A DNA stretch of 54,156 nt from positions 1 through 54,156 of IMG/VR virus record IMGVR_UViG_3300025608_000549. One strand, given 5' to 3'. The notes beneath the pieces were generated by a model. That model was given only the letters and a program-made list of their open reading frames with translations. It was not told the origin of the DNA and searched no databases. Position numbers and translations under genes: made by a program. The stretch comes from a virus (taxonomy: Duplodnaviria > Caudoviricetes). Positions 44,483-54,155 of the stretch are shown piece by piece; positions within the stretch are counted from its first letter, which is position 1; each line of letters starts with the position of its first letter.

Positions 44483-44974
44483 TTATTCTCCCCATGCCAA
44501 AACTAAACTATACTTTGGCTTTTCGTCTTTTTCAATTAGTGTTACTTCGTGTTCTATATCAATTGGCATATCTAAACATGCTCCTGGTATTTCTTCAACA
44601 AAATGTCCGTCTCCGTTTTCATCGTACCATTTAAAATGTGGCTTATCACTTCTTAGAAACACCAACTTAAATTTCCAATAACTTCCTATTGAATCTTTGT
44701 GTCTTGGAAGATAGTCCCCTGCTTCATATTTGTTAATAACAAAACTAGAAACAAATGTCTTGTCTTCCGGAATAGTTTTCCAAATTGCTTCTTTTAATTC
44801 TTCTGGCATTTTAAAATGAAACATGCTTTTCATATTGCTAACGCCATGTTTGGTTTCAAATTTATAAGTATCATTTTCTGTACGACTAGAAAATCTGTCT
44901 GAATATTTTTCAGCCAGTTCAATAATTTCATCTACATTTGTACAGTAGTTTTCAATTTGATTAACCTGATACAT
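44483..44974 (-). CDS. 2OG-Fe(II) oxygenase (start revised to MYQVNQ)
   Basis: INKYEAGDYLPRHKD (HxD), HEV distal His, KYS at the usual RxS position. Confidence 0.8.
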   Translation of the reverse strand: MYQVNQIENYCTNVDEIIELAEKYSDRFSSRTENDTYKFETKHGVSNMKSMFHFKMPEELKEAIWKTIPEDKTFVSSFVINKYEAGDYLPRHKDSIGSYWKFKLVFLRSDKPHFKWYDENGDGHFVEEIPGACLDMPIDIEHEVTLIEKDEKPKYSLVLAWGE

Positions 44975-46727
44975 ATACCCAACTTGTTCCTGCTTGATTG
45001 ACTTCAAATATCAAATCGTTGTTTCTAGTAGGATCTTGAACTGTTGTAGAAACACTAACATTAGTAACTGTTGTAATACCGATCCAACTTCTGGTTCCGT
45101 AGTTTGCTGTTGTAGTTACATTCTGACTTGTTCCTGCGATATGAGCTCTTGTACCCGGATTAAATTGGCTTACAGGAGCAAGTGTGTTTAGTAGACTTGC
45201 TATTCCTGTATTGTTCAATCCTCTAGTATCCAAACTCATAAAAATATCTCTACTTCTAATTGCTTGATCAACATAATTCTTTGTAACGGCATGATTAGAA
45301 AGTGTAGGTGTTGCTGTGATTGTTAAGTTGCCAATCATAGTATCGCCGGATTTGTTAATCTTTGTGCTATCAACAATAGTAATATTTGCCGAGCCGTCAA
45401 ACGCTACGCCATTAATTAACGGAGAACCAGATAGCCTTCCAGCTGATGTTGCTTCACCATTAAACGTACCATACCAATCTTTTGTTCCAGCATTATAAGC
45501 AATGCTATCATCACTAGCATAGACATCGCCTTTGATATCGCCGATTACTCTATTAACAAGTGTTAGCGTGTCTGCTGTAATGTTTGTTGTATTAAAGTTT
45601 GTACCGTTGAATGTTTTTGTACTAGCATCATATACATAATTGTTAGCACTGTCTAAGATACTACCTTTCATGTCACCAATTAAAGTACCATTTAGTTCTT
45701 CGGTACTAGCATCAACCATTGTTAATCCGTTAACACTATCAACATTACCAATTACTCTACCAGTTAGATCTCCGTACAATTCTCTAGCATGAATTTCTCT
45801 ATATCTAATAGTATTGCTACCGATATTGTACGCATCTGTGATGCCTGGAATAAATCCACTATTGCTGAAAATAGCAATATCGTTATTAGTGGATCCTGAT
45901 TTAATTCTAAGTCTAACTGTTTTATCAAGTTGGTTCTCAATTACAGTTTCATCACCATTAATAACGTGAATCTTAACATCGCTGTCAGTACCAACAGTTA
46001 ATCCAGCATCATCGTATGTTGATCCGCTTGGACTACGTAGAACAAAGTTTGAAATATCTAAATCATTAAATAATTGTGAATTACTAGATGTTCCCCAAAA
46101 TCTAAAATCGCTAGTAGTAATACCATCAACTGGTGTGTCGATTAATGTAATACCTTTCTTGATCGTTGTGAAACCTGTAATACTTTCAATAGTACCAATT
46201 GTAAATTCTTGATCTGAAATAATACCAATAACATTATTATCTATAGTAAGTTTAATAATAGCTCTAGCAATGTTACTATTGTCTCTAATAACGTCAGAGG
46301 TAAGTTTTGTTTCAGCAAATCCTGTTGCTCTTTCTGGACCAATTAACTCAAAATCAGTTCCGTTCCATACACTTAGCTGTCCTTGAACATCATCATACCA
46401 AATGTTTCCTTTATCTTTTGCTTGGAGTCCTGTAGGCGGAGTAGAACTTACGTCCGCAACTGCTAAAGTTCTCCATTGATTATCTGTACTACGGAATTTA
46501 ATTTTGTTAGTTAAGTCATCGTACCAAAGTTGACCAGGAATACTTTTTCTAGGCTGTGTTTCGCCTCTAAAGTTTTCTAGTAAAGCAACGAGGTTTTCAT
46601 TTAAAATCTCACCGTATCCAGCATAGTTCTTACCAACAAATCTTAAATCTGTTGAAGAGCTATCTACTGTTTGATCTGGTACTGTTGTTAACAGTACTCC
46701 ATTATATCTGTTTACATTATACGGCAT
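44961..46727 (-). CDS. Tail fibre/baseplate protein
   Basis: Shared N-terminal family motif; INGVAFDGSANITI; HAVTKNYVD. Confidence 0.75.
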   Translation of the reverse strand: MPYNVNRYNGVLLTTVPDQTVDSSSTDLRFVGKNYAGYGEILNENLVALLENFRGETQPRKSIPGQLWYDDLTNKIKFRSTDNQWRTLAVADVSSTPPTGLQAKDKGNIWYDDVQGQLSVWNGTDFELIGPERATGFAETKLTSDVIRDNSNIARAIIKLTIDNNVIGIISDQEFTIGTIESITGFTTIKKGITLIDTPVDGITTSDFRFWGTSSNSQLFNDLDISNFVLRSPSGSTYDDAGLTVGTDSDVKIHVINGDETVIENQLDKTVRLRIKSGSTNNDIAIFSNSGFIPGITDAYNIGSNTIRYREIHARELYGDLTGRVIGNVDSVNGLTMVDASTEELNGTLIGDMKGSILDSANNYVYDASTKTFNGTNFNTTNITADTLTLVNRVIGDIKGDVYASDDSIAYNAGTKDWYGTFNGEATSAGRLSGSPLINGVAFDGSANITIVDSTKINKSGDTMIGNLTITATPTLSNHAVTKNYVDQAIRSRDIFMSLDTRGLNNTGIASLLNTLAPVSQFNPGTRAHIAGTSQNVTTTANYGTRSWIGITTVTNVSVSTTVQDPTRNNDLIFEVNQAGTSWVYVSG

Positions 46728-46740
46728 ACTTTCGCTCCAA

Positions 46741-47097
46741 TTACCTTATTGCCTTAGCGGCATCTTCTCTTGCTTGTTCTAATTCTAAGTATTCTGCCTC
46801 GCTCAAGCTGGTAGCAATACCTAAAGACTTTTCTCTAATATGACGAAGAACTTTCCAGTCGGTACTATTTAAAAATTCTATTTTGTCAACATTTGCTTTG
46901 GCATCAGCTTCTGCTTGTAAATCTGAAGCTGGTCTTAAAGCAACTGCTTTTGTAGCAACATCAAACTGATACTTTCCACCTTCAATAAGTTCCATATCGC
47001 TTTGTGCGATTTCAATAACTTCAACGCCATCAGGAACATTTGGCCTATAGTTTAGTATTGATGTTACTTCATTATTTTCTAAACAAACGTAATACAT
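46741..47097 (-). CDS. Tail fibre assembly chaperone-like protein
   Basis: FLNSTDWKVLRH...QAR pattern; directly follows a fibre gene. Confidence 0.65.
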   Translation of the reverse strand: MYYVCLENNEVTSILNYRPNVPDGVEVIEIAQSDMELIEGGKYQFDVATKAVALRPASDLQAEADAKANVDKIEFLNSTDWKVLRHIREKSLGIATSLSEAEYLELEQAREDAAKAIR

Positions 47098-47098
47098 A

Positions 47099-48721
47099 TT
47101 AACTCCAAATTGCTATCCAGTTTGCCGCTGGTGTGCTTCTCTGTTCTGTGTTCTGTACATAAACTCTAATTCTATTTCCTAGATTAGACCATGTACATCT
47201 TAAACTATCGTTACCGTCAACACCGCCAGCGTAGTGAATTATAGCAATACTTGGTAAAAACGCAACTAAATTAGCCATTGATTTTCCTGCGGGAGGATAA
47301 ACGTCAAAGAAGTTTCTGCTACTGTTGAAACTTCCTACTTGGTTTGTGAAGCCACTTTGGCTATACTGTGTGTTACCGTAAGTAATAGTGTAAGCAGGTG
47401 GTATCTGAGCAATAATGCTTTGAGCATTTGCTGTATCTCTGGCATCAACATACTGCTTGGTAGCGGCATGTAAGCCTGCTGTTGGATCGGCATGTAATGT
47501 TAGCAGTCCTGTTAGTTGTCCTCCTGATAGAGGTAACTTTGTTAAATCTTGAATTGTAATAGGCGATGTTCCATCAAAAGGAACATTATTAATAGTTTGA
47601 GGCGATGTTAGTTTTGTCGCTGTAGTTGCGTTTCCTAACAATGTACCTGTAAAAGTTTTTGTAACTTCGTCATATGCTACGCTAGTATCTGTATTTTGAA
47701 TACTACCCACTAGTGTTCCTGTGACATTACCTGTTACAAAACCTGTAACATTACCAGTAACATTACCTGTAACATTGCCAACAACAGGACCTGTATGTGT
47801 TCCAGTTACATTACCAGTTACATTACCAACAACCGGTCCATTGTGTGTTCCTGTTGTATTACCTGTTAAGTCTGCTGTTACTGTATTAGCTCTAAAATTA
47901 CCAGCACTATCTCTAGAAACAACAGTATCGCTTACATCATTTGCTGTAGCATTAACTGTCCATGTTGTTTGATTTGTTCCATCAAAGTTATTACCTGTTA
48001 AATATTGTCCAGCAATTAACTGATTAGTTGTAGTTGCTGTTACAGTAATATTTGCTGTGCCATCAAATGCTACTCCATTAATTTGTCTTGGAGTATCTAG
48101 TGCCGATGCTGTATCTGCGTTTCCGTGTAAATCGCCTTTAATAAATGTAGATGAATTTAAATTAATACCTGCGTCTAAATCTGTAAATCCAGGAATATTG
48201 TTGACAGTAAATGGACTATCTGCTACAATAGCAATAGTAGCACCATTAACAGTTAATCTCATAACCGGATGATCAGTACCTTGGTCGTCTGTAATTGCTT
48301 GACTCAGGGATCTTGTTACTCCGCTAAATCCTTGAACATCTTCTGGACCTACAAAAGCAAACTGAGTTCCATCCCAAACACTTAATCTTCTATTAGTAAT
48401 ATCGTACCATGTGTCGCCCGGTGACGGGTTTGCGGGAGGTGTAGATGATAATACTGTGCCACCAACTACGTCCCATGTAGTTCCATTGTATACTTTGATA
48501 CTGTTAACAGTAGTATCGTACCAAATTTGCCCTTCGATTGCTTTAGGAGGTGCTCCAACACCAGCAAAGTTTTCTAAGAGGAATAAGAAATTTTCGTTTT
48601 GGATTTCGCCGTATCCAGCAAAGTTCCGACCCACAAGCCCAATACTTGTCGTTGAGTCTAATGTACCGTCTTGAAGTACTACTAATTGGTCTCCGTTAAA
48701 CTTGTTTATCTGGTATGGCAT
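47099..48721 (-). CDS. Tail fibre protein with GNVT repeats
   Basis: Shared N-terminal motif; INGVAFDGT/INNVPFDGT repeats; HAATKQYVD. Confidence 0.78.
   Translation of the reverse strand: MPYQINKFNGDQLVVLQDGTLDSTTSIGLVGRNFAGYGEIQNENFLFLLENFAGVGAPPKAIEGQIWYDTTVNSIKVYNGTTWDVVGGTVLSSTPPANPSPGDTWYDITNRRLSVWDGTQFAFVGPEDVQGFSGVTRSLSQAITDDQGTDHPVMRLTVNGATIAIVADSPFTVNNIPGFTDLDAGINLNSSTFIKGDLHGNADTASALDTPRQINGVAFDGTANITVTATTTNQLIAGQYLTGNNFDGTNQTTWTVNATANDVSDTVVSRDSAGNFRANTVTADLTGNTTGTHNGPVVGNVTGNVTGTHTGPVVGNVTGNVTGNVTGFVTGNVTGTLVGSIQNTDTSVAYDEVTKTFTGTLLGNATTATKLTSPQTINNVPFDGTSPITIQDLTKLPLSGGQLTGLLTLHADPTAGLHAATKQYVDARDTANAQSIIAQIPPAYTITYGNTQYSQSGFTNQVGSFNSSRNFFDVYPPAGKSMANLVAFLPSIAIIHYAGGVDGNDSLRCTWSNLGNRIRVYVQNTEQRSTPAANWIAIWS
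47707..47870 (-). repeat. 12-bp periodic repeat plus 48-bp duplication encoding (GNVT)n
   Basis: TGTH[NT]GPVVGNVTGNV occurs twice; ACATTACCWGTW units on + strand; limits approximate. Confidence 0.8.
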
Positions 48722-48742
48722 TCTTTTTCTTCCATTATATCA

Positions 48743-48748
48743 TATTTA
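48743..48748 (-). promoter_or_regulatory. Late promoter core TAAATA beside a short inverted repeat (48748-48760)
   Basis: Motif match; ACCGTA-T-TACGGT. Confidence 0.5.
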
Positions 48749-48753
48749 CCGTA

Positions 48754-50745
48754 TTACGGTCTAATAAAGTTAGATAGGCCTCCAGGCAATGTTGGATTAG
48801 TTTGATCTTCAACTAACGCTCCGCCTGTAGTAACTACCCATGCTGTTTTTTGCGCATTTAATTCGTATATTGTTACACCTCTTATAGGGTATAATCTAGG
48901 CGGTGTTTGAGCTCCAATTTGATCAGCATCGACTTCTCTGATAACACCTGTTATTATCTGCGCACCCCCTGGTGATTCTGATCCGCTTACATCGTACAAT
49001 GTTGTAGTTGTTAAACTTGGTTGTACAGACGAAATATTACTTACAATATATCTAACTGTGCTAATTCTAATCTTTGTTCCAATTTCGTATTCTGCCGGAG
49101 GACAAATTCTTAAAAGCTCAGCTGAGATCTGATTAGCTGACATTGGACTTTCTTCATTTGGATAATATCCAGTAATATCCATAGTTAACGGAATACTTCT
49201 TGTTCTTACTAAATTAGTAACATATTTTTTGCTTGTAGCTTCTGATAACTCATCACTTGTTAGGGTGTCTACTCCTTCAACTGTTTGATTGATATTAGTT
49301 TCATTAGTAGTTCCAAGTCCTTTAATCTTTGGATTTGATGTACCTATTAATATTAAATTACCTCTAGGTTCAATATTAAGATCTGTTGGATTAGCAGGGT
49401 CGCCGTTTGAATACGTTGCTGTTACGCCATTGTTAGAAATTAGATTATCATTGATTGTAATGTTATCAACATTAAGTTCTACTTGATTACCAAACTGTGT
49501 TAGGCCCGGAGCACTAGTTACAGACGCCGCAAGTTCAATACCTGTTCCAGTATCGTATAAAACATTTGAACCATTGATCTTATATCCCTTGCCTGAAGGA
49601 ACATTAAAGTTTTCTGTTGAATTCCAAGTACCTGTACTTCCATCCCATAGAATAGAATGATCAGTAGTACCTTTTAATATGATTCCGCCGCCAGTGGCTA
49701 ATCCGTCGTTTGATCCACTAGATATTACACCCAACTCTATATTTTTGTCTTTAACTTGTAGTGTAGCAGATTCAAATGTAGTAGTTGAACCTTCAACAGT
49801 TAAGTTTCCGCTGATAGTTACATTGCCGCCAAACGATGCTTCGCCGTTAGCGTTCCCTGGTTGTATCTTTACAGTATCACTACCGCTTGATTCAGCACTC
49901 ATTTCTATAAATGAAACTAATGCTCCATTGCGTCTACCTTTAATTGTAACTTTTCTATTGCTTGTAGAGTTTAAAAGATACACATCTCCTAACCCCTCTG
50001 TTCCTAATTGTCCGTTAGTCGCATCGCCGAATCTAATACCTTCAGCTGTTTGAACTGTTAAAATTTCTGAGAACACATTTGCTTGGTTCTTTTTAGCAAA
50101 AATATCAGCAGGGAGTCCGCCTAATGCTTCTGAGTTAGTAGCAATGCCTAAGAATTTAAAATTTTGAGTAATTGGATTAAAACCAACTTTTACTGATGCT
50201 TCACTAAATCCAGGAATAGTAATTCTTGGAACAAATTCTTGCTTGCTAAAAAATCCTGCTCTGTCTCCACCGACATAAACTGTAGAAATAGTTCTTAACG
50301 TTCCGTTTGAATCCTCAATGCTTTCTACAACCATTCCGCTTTGACCTTGACTTACTTTGTAGTCTGGGCCAATCAAATAATCAGCTGAACCATCAAAAAA
50401 GTATAATTGTCTATCAACAATATTAAACCAAAAATCACCGGAACTAATATCTAACGGTCTTTGTGTTGCCAGCGCAGAAGTACCTACTGCTTTCCATTCT
50501 GTTCCAGCATACACTTTAATTCTGTTTTCAGTAACATCGTACCAAAGTTGTCCAGTAAGAGGAGCAATTGGCTGAGAATCACTAGCAAAGTTTTCAAGCA
50601 TTTTAACAAGGTTTTCATTTAGATATTCGCCAAACCCTGAAAAGTTTTTACCAATTAATGTAATATCAGTTGATGCTGTATCAATTTGCCCATCTGCTAC
50701 GGTTGCTATCGCTGTGCCGTCTGTTCTGTTTATTGTATATGCCAT
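48754..50745 (-). CDS. Tail fibre/baseplate protein
   Basis: Shared N-terminal motif GKNFSGFGE.LNEN...MLENFA; ISGNLTVEG repeat. Confidence 0.75.
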   Translation of the reverse strand: MAYTINRTDGTAIATVADGQIDTASTDITLIGKNFSGFGEYLNENLVKMLENFASDSQPIAPLTGQLWYDVTENRIKVYAGTEWKAVGTSALATQRPLDISSGDFWFNIVDRQLYFFDGSADYLIGPDYKVSQGQSGMVVESIEDSNGTLRTISTVYVGGDRAGFFSKQEFVPRITIPGFSEASVKVGFNPITQNFKFLGIATNSEALGGLPADIFAKKNQANVFSEILTVQTAEGIRFGDATNGQLGTEGLGDVYLLNSTSNRKVTIKGRRNGALVSFIEMSAESSGSDTVKIQPGNANGEASFGGNVTISGNLTVEGSTTTFESATLQVKDKNIELGVISSGSNDGLATGGGIILKGTTDHSILWDGSTGTWNSTENFNVPSGKGYKINGSNVLYDTGTGIELAASVTSAPGLTQFGNQVELNVDNITINDNLISNNGVTATYSNGDPANPTDLNIEPRGNLILIGTSNPKIKGLGTTNETNINQTVEGVDTLTSDELSEATSKKYVTNLVRTRSIPLTMDITGYYPNEESPMSANQISAELLRICPPAEYEIGTKIRISTVRYIVSNISSVQPSLTTTTLYDVSGSESPGGAQIITGVIREVDADQIGAQTPPRLYPIRGVTIYELNAQKTAWVVTTGGALVEDQTNPTLPGGLSNFIRP

Positions 50746-50761
50746 ATTTCTTTACGCTCCA

Positions 50762-52957
50762 TTAGACCCTTGATATTCCGCTTCTAATAACATAATTCAA
50801 TGTTAAGTACGGGTTCATAACACCAAATGGTCTTCCAATCAACGAGTCTGGTTGTCCAGGTTGGCGTTTATTTTCATTAGCAATTCTAACAAGTCCGCTT
50901 GATGACATCTTCTGTCCACCGCCTGTGACTGTTCCGCCTTTTATTCTTGTATTAGAAATTCCTGTTCCGCCGATTTGTGTGGACGGTGAAAAATCATTTG
51001 GTGCTGTGCTAATCTCATTAATAGCATAAAATTGGCTTCCGCTAGGAGTGTTAGTTCCTGATCTTCCTTTCATATCATGATCGTGATCTGGAATATTAAA
51101 CGACTCAATTACATAAGCATCAGATCCGCTGTACGCACCTAATTGACTAGCTTCAGTTTGATCAACTCTAGGGGTTGTTAAATCAACAATAGCATCGTAT
51201 GTTCCGACTGGATGCGGAATTTTTGCTCCGCTGTTCATATTCTGTTTACCTAGTGGAACTCGACCTCTTAAATCAGGAACACGGAATGATTCTTGTTGTA
51301 ATCCGTATATGGTTGATTGTAAACTTCCTTTATTAGCAATGTCATTATAAGTATCGCCGATAACAATGTAAAGATCTGGGAATCTATACTGTTCATATTC
51401 AGAACCGTCACATAACACATATCCTTTTGGAACTGAACTAGCAGGGCCAGCAAATGGTAAAATGGTTCCAATTGGAACACCGGCATCACCGATAAATGTT
51501 TCTCTAGTTGCTTTACGCAGTCCACTAGTTCTTGTGTAAATTAATATTTCATCATTTAAATCAACAGCACCGATACTTGACTTATTTGTAATAATATCAG
51601 ATGTTAATTCTGTTTGGAAAACTTTATTAAGGTTACCTGTACCGTTGAATGCTACAACGTTTGAAGATACATCACCTTCTAATTTAAAGTTAGTAGCACT
51701 TGCTAATGATGTTGCTGAGTTAGAGTTACCATCAATGTTACCTTTTAGTGTACCTTCCACTTCGTTAGCAATGATCTTATTAGCGTAAATTGTACTGTAT
51801 TTGTTGTTGGCTTCACCAATTGTTTCTGAACTAGTTAACGGACGAATTGATTTTGTAACAATACTTCCGCTTAACATTGTTAAGTCGCCGCCTACATTTA
51901 TATCTTTTGAAACAGATAAGCCGCCTTCTGTTCTAATACTACCATTTTGTAGATTAGTACTGTTTGTTTCTGATGTAATTGTTACATCGCCAGTAGCACT
52001 AAGAGTACCAACAACATCTAATGTAGCTGTTGGATTAAGATTATTAATACCTACTTTGTTTTCAATTACTCTAAGTACAGTAGTTGGAATACCAAACGAT
52101 CCTGTCCTACTTGATTGTAAATCTATACTAGCACCTGGTGTGCTGTTGTACATAATAGCATTTGCTGATTGAACACGAAGGTTCATATTTCCGTTTGTAC
52201 CAATAAAGATACCAGCATCATCTCTTACGTTAAATTGTTTTTGTATTGTACCAATTACGTCTGTTCTAATAAAACTTGTTGATGGAATAACATCTGTACC
52301 AACAACAAGACCGTCTGCGGCCGATGCTGTACCAATAAGTTTAGGCGTTACTGATTCTTCTGAAATATCAGTACGAGTAGTAATATTGATACCTGCTTCA
52401 ATACTGTTAAAACCTTGAATAACAACTTTAGGAATAAAACTATCTTTTGAAATAATTGTTACAGGAATATCCTGAGCATAAAAAATAATTACAGTCCTAG
52501 CAACGTTATCAATATCAAAAATGTTTTCGACTAGCGGTCCTGATTTAGTGCCTTCACTAAATTGCGGTCCAACCAATACCCATGTAACTCCTGACCACAA
52601 ATACAACTGCTGTGTTGATGTGTTTACCCACAAATCTCCAATGGCAGCACCTTGAGGTTCATCAACACCTGTTCTAATGTTTGAGGTTGTTTTCCAACTA
52701 ATTCCATCGTAAACGAATAATTTATTTTCAGTACTGTTATACCATAATTGTCCGGTAACTGCTTGTGAGTCTGACGGTGCTTGATCGCTAGCAAAATTTT
52801 CTAATAGATGTAAAAAGTTTTCAGCAATAATTTTACCGTAACCTGTTTGATTTCTACCAGGAATAACAACACTTGTGTCTAGGTTAGATGTATTGTCAAA
52901 TATTTCTAACGGTTCTGGATGGAGTGTTTCATCTGTAAAATATACTTTATAAGACAT
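50762..52957 (-). CDS. Short tail fibre-like protein with tail collar domain
   Basis: Shared N-terminal motif; collar PIGTILPFAG..PKGYVLCDG...FRVPDLRGRVP; HDH; NPYLTLNYVI. Confidence 0.82.
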   Translation of the reverse strand: MSYKVYFTDETLHPEPLEIFDNTSNLDTSVVIPGRNQTGYGKIIAENFLHLLENFASDQAPSDSQAVTGQLWYNSTENKLFVYDGISWKTTSNIRTGVDEPQGAAIGDLWVNTSTQQLYLWSGVTWVLVGPQFSEGTKSGPLVENIFDIDNVARTVIIFYAQDIPVTIISKDSFIPKVVIQGFNSIEAGINITTRTDISEESVTPKLIGTASAADGLVVGTDVIPSTSFIRTDVIGTIQKQFNVRDDAGIFIGTNGNMNLRVQSANAIMYNSTPGASIDLQSSRTGSFGIPTTVLRVIENKVGINNLNPTATLDVVGTLSATGDVTITSETNSTNLQNGSIRTEGGLSVSKDINVGGDLTMLSGSIVTKSIRPLTSSETIGEANNKYSTIYANKIIANEVEGTLKGNIDGNSNSATSLASATNFKLEGDVSSNVVAFNGTGNLNKVFQTELTSDIITNKSSIGAVDLNDEILIYTRTSGLRKATRETFIGDAGVPIGTILPFAGPASSVPKGYVLCDGSEYEQYRFPDLYIVIGDTYNDIANKGSLQSTIYGLQQESFRVPDLRGRVPLGKQNMNSGAKIPHPVGTYDAIVDLTTPRVDQTEASQLGAYSGSDAYVIESFNIPDHDHDMKGRSGTNTPSGSQFYAINEISTAPNDFSPSTQIGGTGISNTRIKGGTVTGGGQKMSSSGLVRIANENKRQPGQPDSLIGRPFGVMNPYLTLNYVIRSGISRV

Positions 52958-52959
52958 CT

Positions 52960-53589
52960 TTATACCTCAGTAAATCCAGTTAGACTCTGTATTCTAACTG
53001 TGTAGTCGATTTGAATCAATCTATTAAGTGACTTTTGTACAGGATGAAAAACTACATGAGTCAATAACTTTCCTGCTGAACTTTTTAAGCCAAGCTCATC
53101 AAACACATATTCACCATCCATGTTAATTGAATTATCAAATGCTTCTTGGCCTTCTGGTTCGCCGTAATCTAGTAGGCAACTTACAACAATATCACTATAT
53201 GTTGCGCCTGTAATATGACGGACTTCCATTTTATTTCTAGTATTGTCAGTGTTTGTGGCAGAATTCTGATCAACAACTTTAGTATATGTTTGATTATATA
53301 GGCTTGAATCTGTACCATTGGTATTTGGTGTTAGATATGTAATAAGTCCAGTTGGGTCAACAACTGTACCACCATTGCCAAAGCTCATTTCTGAGATCCA
53401 ACCTAGTCCTTGATTTGAAAGGCTCTGTGCCATAGCAACACTGATGTTTTCATAATGAATAGCATTGCGTTTATCTACATACACTTCTTGTGTATCCGGG
53501 TCAAAAATCTTAATGTGACCTTCAATATGAAACCCGCCTTGCTCGTCGGGCTTCTTGTTTTCTGTTTGGTTTTCTGTGTTTTCTGCCAT
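52960..53589 (-). CDS. Putative baseplate/structural protein (start revised to MAENTEN)
   Basis: IEGHIKI...NAIH...FDELGL...LLTHVVFHPVQKSLNR; ATG 53619 lies too close to the promoter at 53622-53628. Confidence 0.7.
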   Translation of the reverse strand: MAENTENQTENKKPDEQGGFHIEGHIKIFDPDTQEVYVDKRNAIHYENISVAMAQSLSNQGLGWISEMSFGNGGTVVDPTGLITYLTPNTNGTDSSLYNQTYTKVVDQNSATNTDNTRNKMEVRHITGATYSDIVVSCLLDYGEPEGQEAFDNSINMDGEYVFDELGLKSSAGKLLTHVVFHPVQKSLNRLIQIDYTVRIQSLTGFTEV

Positions 53590-53621
53590 ATCCGTCTCTT
53601 TGAGTTTGTTATCTCTCATTG

Positions 53622-53628
53622 TATTTAT
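53622..53628 (-). promoter_or_regulatory. Late promoter ATAAATA built on a stop codon
   Basis: Motif match. Confidence 0.55.
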
Positions 53629-54155
53629 TCGGGTAATTCTGTGCTACTATTTTGTAGGAACTTCGCTATCGCTGATGTTGCTTCACTCAATGAAACTCCG
53701 TCTGATGCTGTAGTTTCTCCTCTATCGTACCACGTTCTTCCCAATCTCCTAACAATAGTGATTCGTGTTCCAGAGTCAACTGGGTTCGTTAATCTTACAT
53801 ACTGATTTACCCCATCTGCGCTAAATTCAGCATCGTATTGAACATCGCCGTCTGGGCTATATGCCGCTACTGATGGGTCAAACAATTTGTAAGCATCTTT
53901 TTGTAGTCTTCTTCCTCCAACAAATACTTCAATATCATCACATCTACCATAATCTGTAGGTATGCTTGATGTAAATGTTGTATCAGTAATGTTAAAGTCT
54001 CCGTTGTTTGTTGGTACAAAGTCTAATGGGCCAATCAACAATGTTGCGCCATCTGATACAAAATCAGCTTTTTCTTGCTTATCGTTGTATGGTACTGCTT
54101 CAGTATATCCAGTATCAACTACAATATCACCTTGAGAGTGAACTTCTCTAATACT
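53625..54155 (-). CDS. C-terminal part of a larger structural (baseplate-like) protein, truncated by the window edge
   Basis: Frame open to the window end (SIREVHSQGDIVVDTG...); IEVFVGGRRL motif. Confidence 0.72.
   Translation of the reverse strand, partial: SIREVHSQGDIVVDTGYTEAVPYNDKQEKADFVSDGATLLIGPLDFVPTNNGDFNITDTTFTSSIPTDYGRCDDIEVFVGGRRLQKDAYKLFDPSVAAYSPDGDVQYDAEFSADGVNQYVRLTNPVDSGTRITIVRRLGRTWYDRGETTASDGVSLSEATSAIAKFLQNSSTELPE

Noticed and set aside
10309-45007. ORF-track starts at 10309, 25869, 29795 and 45007
   Set aside because: Long overlaps with upstream genes; better-placed ATGs at 10390, 26034, 29927 (each with SD) and 44974
42190-52957. Diversity-generating retroelement or invertible fibre cassette
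   Set aside because: No reverse transcriptase, invertase or near-identical template/variable repeat pair seen; paralogue similarity is at protein level
350-53805. Numerous antisense or alternate-frame ORFs (e.g. 2060-2410, 6840-7283, 9422-9991, 49679-50053, 51801-52172)
   Set aside because: Shadows of well-supported genes, with no recognisable motifs or initiation signals
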